Positions 1 to 8,346 of a stretch of DNA of 32,000 nt are shown piece by piece. The stretch's first letter is position 1, and every line of letters begins with the position of its first letter. The stretch comes from Sulfolobus acidocaldarius DSM 639 (GTDB lineage Archaea; Thermoproteota; Thermoprotei_A; Sulfolobales; Sulfolobaceae). The DNA is taken from the NCBI RefSeq assembly GCF_000012285.1, contig NC_007181.1, positions 1,590,001 to 1,622,000 of the forward strand, written 5' to 3'. Position numbers and translations under genes: made by a program. The notes beneath the pieces were generated by a model. That model was not told where the DNA came from. It did no database searches and saw only the letters and a program-made list of their open reading frames with translations.

Positions 1-67
1 ACGGTGAGATTTGCATAGAAATGAAATGAGTGAAGTCAAATACGGTAGAATTCATTTAATTATCTCA

Positions 68-568
68 TCAAGTCCCAATAAATTTCCTTAACTTATGCTC
101 AATGACTTCCCTAGGTACTGCACCAAGTACATAATCCACAGGTTTACCTTCATGAAATAACAATACTGTGGGTAAACTTATTACACCGTAACTAGTTGCT
201 ATCTCAGGGTATTGGTCAACATTTAATTTACCAAAGCCAACTCCTTTGTAATCCTTAGACAGTTCCTCAATTATTGGCGATAGTAAGTGACAGGGAGGAC
301 ACCATTCAGCCCAAAAATCCACTACTGAAACCTTGAAGCTACTGAGAAATTCGTTAAAGTTTTTGTCCGTTAAGTGGTGAATTTTACCTCCTGGAAATTT
401 GGTTATATTCTTCTCCGTGTTAGATCTTAAAACGTTTACTAACTTTCGATTCAATAGCATTTCTAACTCAGTGTCTTCATCAGACCAACTCATAATTTCA
501 TTTTTACTATATTTAGTTAAAAAGATTTTTGTTGAGTTTTCCCGTGTAATCTGTTTATGGAGGAACAA
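68..568 (-). CDS. Thioredoxin with N-terminal extension
   Basis: 166-aa ORF. The C-terminal ~105 aa read as a thioredoxin fold with active site FWAEWCPPCHLL (WCPPC). Met26 (ATG at 493) is an alternative start, so the 5' end is uncertain. Confidence 0.9.
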   Translation of the reverse strand: MFLHKQITRENSTKIFLTKYSKNEIMSWSDEDTELEMLLNRKLVNVLRSNTEKNITKFPGGKIHHLTDKNFNEFLSSFKVSVVDFWAEWCPPCHLLSPIIEELSKDYKGVGFGKLNVDQYPEIATSYGVISLPTVLLFHEGKPVDYVLGAVPREVIEHKLRKFIGT

Positions 569-620
569 TTTATTGACTCTGATAGATATGATTATAAATG
601 TCTAGTCAGCTATAACATAT

Positions 621-1208
621 ATGGGAATTGGTCTAATACTCTCAATATTTCTCATGATAATAATTGTCCTCATTATAATATCCTACTCAAGGAGAATAAA
701 TAAAATTCAGGAGGAGTCCAAGAGACAGGCTCAAGAGATGTTCTCTCAATGGACTCAACAACATTCCAATGAGTTAAGAACTCAAATTGAACAGTCAGTA
801 GAGATGAAATATAAGGCAATGTTGGAGCAGTGGACTATCCAAAAAGAGAGCGAAATACGAAAGGATGCTGTAACAAAATCAATAAACACTTTATTGGGAA
901 AGATAAGTGAAGAGTTTGCTCCAATCTTTATAGCTCAGAAATACAGCATCAGTCCGAAAGATTTTCGACATTTAGGTTCTCCTGTAGATTTCGTAGCATT
1001 TAAGGGTCTTTCTGATGAATCGGAACCCGAGATAATATTCTTTGAAATTAAGACTGGAAAAAGTTCAGCACTAACCGAAAGAGAAAGGAAAATTAGAGAC
1101 GCAATAGTCGCAAAGAGAGTTAAGTATGAGGTTATCAATCTCAATAGCCTTGTTGAAGACGCTAAGAGAAAAATAAGTGAAGAAATCGATAAAGTAACAA
1201 AGGAGTGA
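621..1208 (+). CDS. Membrane-anchored PD-(D/E)xK nuclease-fold protein related to archaeal Holliday-junction resolvase (Endonuc_Holl-like)
   Basis: 195-aa ORF with an N-terminal hydrophobic helix (GIGLILSIFLMIIIVLIIISY) and a charged Q/E/K-rich linker. The C-terminal block GSPVDFVAF...EIIFFEIKTGKS..LTERERKIRDAI gives a P-x-D ... E-x-K core. TATA-like attataaat lies ~25 nt upstream. Confidence 0.7.
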   Translation: MGIGLILSIFLMIIIVLIIISYSRRINKIQEESKRQAQEMFSQWTQQHSNELRTQIEQSVEMKYKAMLEQWTIQKESEIRKDAVTKSINTLLGKISEEFAPIFIAQKYSISPKDFRHLGSPVDFVAFKGLSDESEPEIIFFEIKTGKSSALTERERKIRDAIVAKRVKYEVINLNSLVEDAKRKISEEIDKVTKE

Positions 1209-1440
1209 CGTAAATCCACTGCTAATAGTCAGTAGAGATCTAAATTACATTTGAAATTCTCTCCTCTACTAGAGTTTAGATATAAATACGAGTCGTCAAA
1301 ATGACATAGATGATTTTTCAGGATCGTTTATAAACTTTGTTAAATAAACCTCGAATCGAGCCTATACTAGACTATAGGCAGTTAGAACTCAGGATTTCTC
1401 TCATTTCTTGTCTAGTCTTATTTAAATAAAAAGAGTAAGT

Positions 1441-1451
1441 TTTTTAAAAAT
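1441..1451 (+). promoter_or_regulatory. TATA-box-like element for the 1473 gene
   Basis: tttttaaaaat centred ~27 nt upstream of ATG 1473, the spacing expected for a leaderless Sulfolobales transcript. AT-rich background makes this weak evidence. Confidence 0.35.
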
Positions 1452-1472
1452 GAAATATAAATTGTAGTAGAG

Positions 1473-1985
1473 ATGAATAGGCTGGTATTGCTAGGCATAG
1501 TTTTAGCAGTTATAATCATAGTTGCAGCTGTAGCTTATTATGTTTATAACTACTACACTTCGGGTAATCTAAATATTTACGTACAAGACCCTCCGGTGAC
1601 CTCTACATTGAAAATATACCTTACAATCTCATCCATTATGATCCATAAAGCAAATTCGACTTCTAATAGTACTGCATGGATAACTATTTCCAATAGGACT
1701 ATGACAGTTTTGCTCACTTACAACATGACATTCTTAGCCTCAGCTAAATTACCTCCAGGTGAGTATAACGAGATATTCATCCAGGTCTCGTCTGTAGAGG
1801 CGAGTATAGGGACTGTAAATGTTTCAGTTATATTACCTAGTTCGGTATTCAAGATCCATATTGTTGGTGGTGTATTCTTGAGCGGAGGCTCCTCAGAGTC
1901 CCTATTGATAACTATACCTCATACCATAAGTGCTAATGGAACTATTATGATCAGTCCATCTGTAACAGCGAAAGTTATTACGTGA
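1473..1985 (+). CDS. Exported/membrane-anchored glycoprotein, DUF4382-like
   Basis: 170-aa ORF with an N-terminal signal anchor (LVLLGIVLAVIIIVAAVAYYVY). The pattern NIYVQDPP..LKIYLTISSIMIHK..W..LPPGEYNEIFIQV resembles DUF4382 as I recall it. Six N-x-S/T sequons. Confidence 0.65.
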   Translation: MNRLVLLGIVLAVIIIVAAVAYYVYNYYTSGNLNIYVQDPPVTSTLKIYLTISSIMIHKANSTSNSTAWITISNRTMTVLLTYNMTFLASAKLPPGEYNEIFIQVSSVEASIGTVNVSVILPSSVFKIHIVGGVFLSGGSSESLLITIPHTISANGTIMISPSVTAKVIT

Positions 1986-2188
1986 CCTTTCAATTTTTAG
2001 GTTCTATGGTTTTTGTCTCTAACTAAAACTTCTTTTCTTTATAACGACGTGAATGACTACAAGGTTTTTATGGGTGAAAGCTAGAGTAAAAGTCCATATG
2101 AGGGTAATTAGAAACACTTTCAAAACGCATCTAAAAGTGTGATAATGTCTAAACAACATTTATTATTAATGGAGACAAATGATTCTTT

Positions 2189-2845
2189 ATGATAGACCTA
2201 GACTCAAAGGGAAAAGGAATACAGTTTCAGTTTTACGCAGCCTACTATCCTCCAATATACTCTAAGCTTAAGGCTAATAATATACGAGAACTGATGGAGG
2301 GGGTAAAGAAGTGTGACAATTACTCTTTATTTTATCACATATTTCACCCTGTGTTCAGTTCACATCTAATACCTGAGGAGTACTCAAACGACTTTGCACA
2401 CTGGATATCAGAAAGTTTGGGAGATAAGGAATTGGCTGAGCTAGTATCTGATATTCCTGGGGCAGAGCCTAGGACAGTGGATAACATTAGAAGTGATCTG
2501 ATAAATGTCTTAAGCCTTAGGTCTAATGGTAGGGTTGCTCTATCGCCGTTTGTATTTGTCTCCTGTAGGGTTATAACTTATAAAACAAATTATGTTGCAA
2601 ACACTTTGGGTGAGTTTCTAGACTGTTTATCTGAGATCCCTGGAAGATCTCTGGTGTGGCACTTTGTAACTAGGAGAGTATTAGGTTACACTAATAGGAA
2701 TGATTTCTCCAGTTGGTTAGAGACTAATTTCGGGTTGAGTGAGGTAGCAGAGGAATTAAGTAAGATCGATCCACAGACTTATGTTGATGAAGAAGTACTG
2801 AGAAGCGATATAATTAAAACGTTAGAGAGGTGGTTGTTGAAATGA
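2189..2845 (+). CDS. Conserved hypothetical protein translationally coupled to treT
   Basis: 218-aa ORF with no transmembrane segment. Its TGA (2843-2845) overlaps the treT ATG (2842-2844) as ATGA. I cannot assign a family with confidence. Confidence 0.7.
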   Translation: MIDLDSKGKGIQFQFYAAYYPPIYSKLKANNIRELMEGVKKCDNYSLFYHIFHPVFSSHLIPEEYSNDFAHWISESLGDKELAELVSDIPGAEPRTVDNIRSDLINVLSLRSNGRVALSPFVFVSCRVITYKTNYVANTLGEFLDCLSEIPGRSLVWHFVTRRVLGYTNRNDFSSWLETNFGLSEVAEELSKIDPQTYVDEEVLRSDIIKTLERWLLK

Positions 2846-4047
2846 TAGAGAAATATGAGAAATTTATTGGTGAACACGAGCTCGATTCCTTGTTCAAAAT
2901 AGCAGAGAGAATAAAGGACTTATCTATACTTCACGTTAATTCTACTAAAGCCGGAGGAGGAGTAGCTGAGATTTTAAACAGAATGGTGCCTCTAATGAAG
3001 GAGCTAGGACTTAATGTTGACTGGAGGGTTATAAAGGGAGACAACGAGTTCTTCAACGTGACAAAGTCTTTTCATAACTCCCTGCAGAACGGTATAGGTA
3101 ACATTACCGAGGAGCACTTCAGGATCTATGATAAATGGCAGGAGTTGAATTTATCTGAGATACCATTAGACTATGACGTTATGTTCATCCATGATCCTCA
3201 GCCCGCGGGTCTAATTAAATTCAAAAAAGGTAATAATAGATGGATATGGAGGTGCCACATAGATATCTCAAACCCGTATCCACCTGTGTGGGATTTTCTG
3301 AAGAAATACGTGTCTGAGTATAATGCGTCAATAATATCGGTCCCATCTTTTGGCAGGGATGACATAGACATACCTCAATTTATAATACCTCCATCAATTG
3401 ATCCACTAAGTGAGAAGAATAAGCACATTTCGGAGACGACAAAACTCAGGATAATGAGTAAGTTCGGGATATCGGAAGATAAACCGTTAGTAACCCAGAT
3501 ATCTAGGTTTGATTACGCCAAAGACCCATTAGGTGTCATTAAGGCATACAAGTTAGCTAAGAGGCACGTAGATCTTCAGTTAGCCTATGTGGGAAGTCCA
3601 GCTACAGATGACCCTGAGGGAGAAAAAGTGTACAATGAGGTTATAAGAGAGTCTAGGGACGACAAGGATATCCATATACTTATGTTACCTCCATACAGTG
3701 ATCTGGAAATAAACGCCTTCCAATCTGCTTCAACTGTAGTAATGCAGAAGTCTATTAAGGAAGGATTTGGGTTAACTGTCAGTGAAGCTATGTGGAAAAA
3801 TAAACCAGTGATAGGTGGAAATACTGGAGGAATACCACTCCAGGTTATTAATGGGGTTACTGGGTTCCTGGTGAACAGTCCCCAGGGTGCTGCGCATTAT
3901 ACCATATATTTAACTAGAAACGCTAAGGTAAGGCATACCATGGGAACTAATGCAAGGGAACACGTGAGAAGGAATTTCCTAATTACACGTGAGTTAAGGG
4001 ACTACCTAATGACTATAATGTACGTTAATGAGAGGAATAGTGTATAA
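2842..4047 (+). CDS. treT: Trehalose glycosyltransferring synthase (TreT-type GT4 glycosyltransferase)
   Basis: Blocks HVNSTKAGGGVAEIL, FFNVTKSFHNSLQ, WRCHIDIS, PPSIDPLSEKN, ITQISRFD, DDPEG and KEGFGLTVSEAMWKNKPVIG match the Thermococcus litoralis TreT sequence as I remember it. The ORF track starts at GTG 2830. I prefer ATG 2842 because of the SD-like GAGGTGG 9-16 nt upstream and the ATGA overlap. Confidence 0.9.
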   Translation: MIEKYEKFIGEHELDSLFKIAERIKDLSILHVNSTKAGGGVAEILNRMVPLMKELGLNVDWRVIKGDNEFFNVTKSFHNSLQNGIGNITEEHFRIYDKWQELNLSEIPLDYDVMFIHDPQPAGLIKFKKGNNRWIWRCHIDISNPYPPVWDFLKKYVSEYNASIISVPSFGRDDIDIPQFIIPPSIDPLSEKNKHISETTKLRIMSKFGISEDKPLVTQISRFDYAKDPLGVIKAYKLAKRHVDLQLAYVGSPATDDPEGEKVYNEVIRESRDDKDIHILMLPPYSDLEINAFQSASTVVMQKSIKEGFGLTVSEAMWKNKPVIGGNTGGIPLQVINGVTGFLVNSPQGAAHYTIYLTRNAKVRHTMGTNAREHVRRNFLITRELRDYLMTIMYVNERNSV

Positions 4048-4147
4048 CGAGGATAGAATTGGTAGCAGAACTAAGGGTTGGTATGTGAGGCTGAAGCCAT
4101 GATAACTGAAACTCTGATCAGAGTAGAGCAGTGAATTGCAGGATCAC

Positions 4148-5446
4148 TTACCTTCTCTCTTCCTTTTCCTCCACATTTCCCCTTACAATATCCAATGCTT
4201 CTGCGTAAAGGAATCCAAATATTAGCCACCCTAAGAAGATGTTGGTGACATAAGGGTTTACACTGAAAAGAGAGGAGACTAGGACCCATAATGATATGAT
4301 TGTGGCTATGATACCTACCATTAACTCATCAATGTGTTTTCTCGGTCTCCTGGACGCTAGCCTTATTAGAGATATATTAGCTGAAGTGTGTATGAAGATA
4401 TTTCCAAGTCCTGCTAGTGCACCTAAGGTCACAAATGTGTCATAGAGTCCTATGTAATGAACAGCCAAGGTAAGTATCGTAATAAATACTATGGCGATAA
4501 ATATTTCAGATATAAGGGGTCTGTTCTTCACAGATTTACTCAAAAACTTAGGAAATATCAGATCTTCAGACATTGCTTTTACAGTTCGTGAGTTTGCTAG
4601 TATGTAAGAAACTCCACCCAAGATTCCGTCATTTAGAGCTAAAAAGGAAAGAAATACAGTTCCTATTATGCTAAAACTCGCTAATAAGTAATCAACCAAA
4701 TTTCCTGTGAAGTTTATTGCCCCAAGTGAATAGAAGAATAATGATGCTAGACCACCACCAAAGATGAGTACCAGTATAGCTGCTTTTCCAATAGACTTTC
4801 TAGTGTCTGCCTCCTCTCCCAGAGGAGCAATGGATCCATACCCTGTAGGTATGCCTAAGCCAAAGAGGACTGCACTAGCTAGTTTAGAGGGAAAATTCAC
4901 CGGGTTGTAAAAGTGCCAACCAGAACTGTATAGAAAGTAAATGGATAAAATTACAATTGCCCCCATTTCAATGAGTGACATGATCATGGCATATTTAGCT
5001 GAAACTCTAACACCTGATAATACTATAGCAGAGGCTACTACAGAAACTATTAATGCTAAAATCGTCTGATTCCATCCTGTAATATAGTACAGAACGTAAG
5101 CACCACCCGTAACTAGCGTTCCACCATATGATATTGCGTATAAAATGTAACTCCAGCCCGTTTCTAGACCAAGTCTAGTTGTGAGGGAGTAGACGGCATA
5201 TGTGTAATATCCTCCTCCTCTTTTAAATCTCTTGGAGAGATAGTATACAACTAAACCGTTAAAGAGTACCACAAGGGTAGCTATGATCATAGCGAAAACT
5301 CCTGCTGTACCTACAAGAGCAATCATAACTGTGCCGAAAGTTAACAATGAGATAAAAGGGGCTTGTCCGCCAAAGGAAATAAAGAAGAGATCGACAAAAG
5401 TTAGTTTCTGTTTAGAGTCATCGCTAATCTCCTTTTTAGCTCTCAT
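4148..5446 (-). CDS. APC-superfamily amino acid/polyamine permease
   Basis: 432-aa ORF with about 12 hydrophobic helices and G/A/I/L-rich composition, short charged N- and C-termini. Substrate not inferable. Confidence 0.8.
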   Translation of the reverse strand: MRAKKEISDDSKQKLTFVDLFFISFGGQAPFISLLTFGTVMIALVGTAGVFAMIIATLVVLFNGLVVYYLSKRFKRGGGYYTYAVYSLTTRLGLETGWSYILYAISYGGTLVTGGAYVLYYITGWNQTILALIVSVVASAIVLSGVRVSAKYAMIMSLIEMGAIVILSIYFLYSSGWHFYNPVNFPSKLASAVLFGLGIPTGYGSIAPLGEEADTRKSIGKAAILVLIFGGGLASLFFYSLGAINFTGNLVDYLLASFSIIGTVFLSFLALNDGILGGVSYILANSRTVKAMSEDLIFPKFLSKSVKNRPLISEIFIAIVFITILTLAVHYIGLYDTFVTLGALAGLGNIFIHTSANISLIRLASRRPRKHIDELMVGIIATIISLWVLVSSLFSVNPYVTNIFLGWLIFGFLYAEALDIVRGNVEEKEERR

Positions 5447-5644
5447 ATAATCATTTTGTCTAGGGTAATACTTAAGACTTATTATAATTTCTGGATAAAT
5501 GATGATTTATAAACCATGAATATCTTTAACAACTTCACCTAACTAAATAAAATATACCCTAACCAGATATCTCTGAATACACCTTGATTTTCTTCTCCAT
5601 TTAAATATGAGATCTAGGCATACACACAATCAAAAATAAAAGTA

Positions 5645-5983
5645 TTAACCTCTGAATTCTTTATATAATTGTGAAGCTATCTTCCTTCCCTTCTTAGTTA
5701 AATCATAGTAGACACCCTTTGGCTTAGCCCCAGTCTCTTTTGCCTTCACCTTTAACCAAGGCTTAACAGAAGACGTAACAGATCTCTTTAGAGAGCCATT
5801 GTATACTGTCAAGAGACCCATTTCTTTCAATTTTTTACAATTAATTTCAATTTCATCCTCATCAAATTTAGGTGTATAACCACTTTCTCCCAATAATCTC
5901 CTAGCCATATACCAAGAGTTGTCTGGACCATACTTGTAGATATGAATCAGGATCTTTTTCATTAAATCTGTTAATTCATCCAC
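5645..5983 (-). CDS. Small winged-helix (DUF2250-like) DNA-binding protein
   Basis: 112-aa ORF starting at GTG, with ATG 5962 as an alternative. It combines an HTH-like segment with a basic insert and wing motif (KPWLKVKAKETGAKPKGVYYDLTKKGRKIASQL) and is paralogous to both halves of the 6802-7425 product. Confidence 0.7.
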   Translation of the reverse strand: MDELTDLMKKILIHIYKYGPDNSWYMARRLLGESGYTPKFDEDEIEINCKKLKEMGLLTVYNGSLKRSVTSSVKPWLKVKAKETGAKPKGVYYDLTKKGRKIASQLYKEFRG

Positions 5984-6205
5984 ATCTTCCCATTCGTGGA
6001 GTCTTATAAATCTTTTTAGATGATTCGTTTACTACATCCATACTAGAGAGTTGAAATAGGGTGAGAGCCAAAAGCTGAAACATGTATCTCCTCACCGGGA
6101 AATAGATTGGCTGAAGGAATACATTGGTGACATACGGTAGTTTACAAAGTTAAATTGATATTATTTTGGAAAAGTTTTATAACTGTTAAATGAAACTAAA
6201 AACTA

Positions 6206-6817
6206 GTGAGCAAGGATCAAATAGACGATAAATTTATTGAGATTAATGGTAGTAAAATACACTACATTCAATCAGGATCTGGGGATCCAGTTATCTTATT
6301 TCATGGCTCAAGATTTAATGCCTATACCTGGAAGGAGACCAATACACTTGACTCAGTAGCAAAGGCTGGTTTTAGGGCTATATCTGTAGACTTTCCAGGA
6401 TATGGTAAGTCTGAAAGGGGTAAGTTTACTTCGCTCTCTGACTTTATATATGACTTTATTTTTTCGTTGTCCTTAAACAAACCATTTTTGTTAGGTGCTT
6501 CAATGGGAGGGGAGGCGGTATTATCCTATTCAGTTTATCATCCAAAAGACATTAAAGGACTCATTCTGGTCGGCGCAGTTGGAGTCAAAAAATATGAGAA
6601 ATTACTGACCAACTTAGAGGGAGTCCCTATACTTTTAATATGGGGCAAAAAAGACAGAATTTCCAGTGAGGAGAATTACAAGCTAATTATGAACAGCGTC
6701 AAAACTACCCACTTTGTTCAGATAGGGAATAACCACGCATGTTATCTCGACGATCCTACCACGTTTAATGATATTGTTACGAAATTCATTAAGGGATCTC
6801 CATGGATGATCTCCTAA
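6206..6817 (+). CDS. Alpha/beta-fold hydrolase
   Basis: 203-aa ORF, GTG start. It has an HG oxyanion motif (LFHGSRF), a nucleophile elbow GASMGG, and downstream Asp (GKKDRI) and His (GNNHACYLDDP) as candidate triad residues. Confidence 0.85.
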   Translation: MSKDQIDDKFIEINGSKIHYIQSGSGDPVILFHGSRFNAYTWKETNTLDSVAKAGFRAISVDFPGYGKSERGKFTSLSDFIYDFIFSLSLNKPFLLGASMGGEAVLSYSVYHPKDIKGLILVGAVGVKKYEKLLTNLEGVPILLIWGKKDRISSEENYKLIMNSVKTTHFVQIGNNHACYLDDPTTFNDIVTKFIKGSPWMIS

Positions 6818-7425
6818 AGGAAGTATTGAAGGATAAGAGACTCTTAGAAGTCTTGAGACATCTCAAAAGAGCTAATGTGGACTATGGTAAGTCAATAATG
6901 TTAAACACTAAGATACCTTTAACCGAAGTCCTAGACGTTTTGGATAAACTCGAAAGTCTAGGTTTAATAGAGAGAGTAACTGGAGCGACTCTGAAAAACA
7001 CCGAGGCTAAATTTAAGTTGAGTCAAGAAGTACATAAACACCATACCTACTATAGGTTAACCCGAGACGGAGACCATCTATTGAGAAGACTGGACGAGAA
7101 GGATATAATAGATGCTTATGCGGAGATTGTAAAGGATGACGAAGTAGGGCTGAAATTATTATATTACGCTGAGGAACTACACAGCGACCACGCATTAACT
7201 TACTCTAAATTGCTTAGGAAACCCCTGGAAGAGATCACTCCAAAGATAGAGGAATTAGAAAGGATGGGTTTGATGGAGGAAAAGAACAGCAAGGTCATAA
7301 AATTCAGGGAGAGGAGAGCTAAGCCGAAGAAGGAAACAAGGACTCACCATAAATACTATGGTCTAACGAGGTTAGGAGAGTTGTTAGTGAGAGAGCTAAA
7401 ACGAAGAGGTGTACTGGAGAAATAG
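6802..7425 (+). CDS. Tandem double winged-helix (2 x DUF2250-like) protein
   Basis: 207-aa ORF overlapping the hydrolase gene by 16 nt. Two internal repeats each end in a basic insert plus wing: KNTEAKFKLSQEVHKHHTYYRLTRDGDHLLRRL and IKFRERRAKPKKETRTHHKYYGLTRLGELLVREL. Confidence 0.75.
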   Translation: MDDLLKEVLKDKRLLEVLRHLKRANVDYGKSIMLNTKIPLTEVLDVLDKLESLGLIERVTGATLKNTEAKFKLSQEVHKHHTYYRLTRDGDHLLRRLDEKDIIDAYAEIVKDDEVGLKLLYYAEELHSDHALTYSKLLRKPLEEITPKIEELERMGLMEEKNSKVIKFRERRAKPKKETRTHHKYYGLTRLGELLVRELKRRGVLEK

Positions 7426-7575
7426 GGGTAGTGTCATTTTGCTTCTATATGTGGAGTATTCCTTGATGTAGTTGAGCGTAGATACCTCTTCCCCCATGTG
7501 TGGAGAAGTGCTCGGTTGGTCCTCCTGTATCCGGTGGACGTACATGGAATTTAAAACAAGCTAACTTCGTCCCCA

Positions 7576-7592
7576 CCCTAAAGGTGAGGCTT
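7576..7592 (+). repeat. Recurrent intergenic motif, copy a (CCCTAAAGGTGAGGCTT)
   Basis: 16/17 identical to copy c. Preceded by the pyrimidine-rich run cttcgtcccca and followed by a hairpin-capable cctc-atcatataa-gagg. Lies in a 259-bp non-coding gap. Confidence 0.5.
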
Positions 7593-7604
7593 TCCTCATC
7601 ATAT

Positions 7605-7639
7605 AAGAGGGAAAAAGGAAAGGAAAAAAGAAGGAAGGA
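7605..7639 (+). repeat. 35-nt uninterrupted homopurine tract
   Basis: aagagggaaaaaggaaaggaaaaaagaaggaagga has no pyrimidine for 35 nt and starts 13 nt after motif copy a. Confidence 0.9.
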
Positions 7640-7684
7640 CTTCTTTAACTTTATACGTCTTTCCAGACATCTTAGTCTAGATAA

Positions 7685-8296
7685 TTATGTTATTAGCTTG
7701 TAGCTAAACCTTGATTTCAACTCTTCATACAGTTCTCTGGGTGAGGGTTGTCTACCTAGTCTCTTTGTAAGATCATCAATAATTTTTTTGACTATTTCTC
7801 TCACTTTCTTACCTGCTATGCAGTACTCAGGTAGCTTGAACTCAGGAATACCCTCACCATTATAAGTATCCATTACTTCTTTTTGTTCATCCTCAGTTGA
7901 AAAGGGAAAGGAAAGACATGCATATGGTTTGAAGGAGTGAATTCCACAAGCCCATCCTCTTTTATAAGGGCAAGGTCTTTCAAGTATCCTGAAATTCACA
8001 CTATCCCTTTTATCTGATATGCCTTTTGCTCCTCCCAACTTGTTCACAATCTCTTTATAATCGAATTCATACACTGGTATTCCAAAACCATAGTCGCAAC
8101 ATTTTCCACCACACCTTTCGCAATAGGAGGAAACATCTAGGAACACGTTCATTGCTAGTTGAAATACAAGGGAGTAAAGTCCAAATTTCACTATAGGAAT
8201 GGTTTCGTACTTTTCAAGAGCATTAAGAATCCTCTCGAAGGCTTCCAAATCTTCCCGTAATCCTTTCTTAGTTTCGAACTCAATACTTACAGACAT
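7685..8296 (-). CDS. YkgJ/UPF0153-type Cys-rich (CxxCxxCC) putative Fe-S or zinc protein
   Basis: 203-aa ORF with CERCGGKCCDYG followed by CPYKRGWACGIHSFKPYACLSFPF, the pattern I associate with the CxxCxxCC domain family. Confidence 0.75.
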   Translation of the reverse strand: MSVSIEFETKKGLREDLEAFERILNALEKYETIPIVKFGLYSLVFQLAMNVFLDVSSYCERCGGKCCDYGFGIPVYEFDYKEIVNKLGGAKGISDKRDSVNFRILERPCPYKRGWACGIHSFKPYACLSFPFSTEDEQKEVMDTYNGEGIPEFKLPEYCIAGKKVREIVKKIIDDLTKRLGRQPSPRELYEELKSRFSYKLIT

Positions 8297-8346
8297 TCAT
8301 TATACTATACAGCATTTTTATATTTAAATATCTGAATAATTACCAA

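Noticed and set aside
399-605. Antisense or overlapping ORFs from the six-frame track (399-605, 935-1219, 4071-4289, 7013-7195, 9752-10087, 10214-10414, 11147-11570, 11786-12127, 12314-12550, 12937-13119, 13743-13940, 15371-15652, 16057-16242, 17224-17433, 18543-18737, 21647-21925, 23853-24095, 24582-24821, 25417-25695, 27442-27636, 27679-28023, 30023-30274, 31235-31450)
   Set aside because: Each lies largely inside, and usually antisense to, a longer ORF with clear family motifs. Their products are low-complexity or compositionally odd and carry no motif. They are treated as shadow ORFs.
4112-4123. Perfect 12-nt palindrome ctctgatcagag between the convergent treT and permease genes
   Set aside because: By my estimate about eight such zero-spacer 6+6 palindromes are expected by chance in 32 kb. 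There is no T-tract or other supporting signal.
5499-5576. Possible C/D-box sRNA (AUGAUGA at 5499-5505 ... CUGA at 5573-5576). Other UGAUGA hits were also checked, e.g. the minus strand at 65-70 and 7597-7603, and the plus strand at 13801-13830, 23208-23215 and 31147-31153.
   Set aside because: No candidate has the full C - ~12 nt - D' - C' - ~12 nt - D arrangement. The 5499 candidate is 78 nt long with no internal D'/C' boxes. Most others lie in coding sequence without a correctly spaced CUGA.
7500-7703. 67-aa GTG-initiated ORF in the 7426-7684 gap
   Set aside because: Its length comes from the 35-nt homopurine tract (KREKGKEKRRK). It has no promoter spacing or motif support and overlaps the 3' end of the convergent gene. 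Not called as a CDS, although the region is flagged as a finding.
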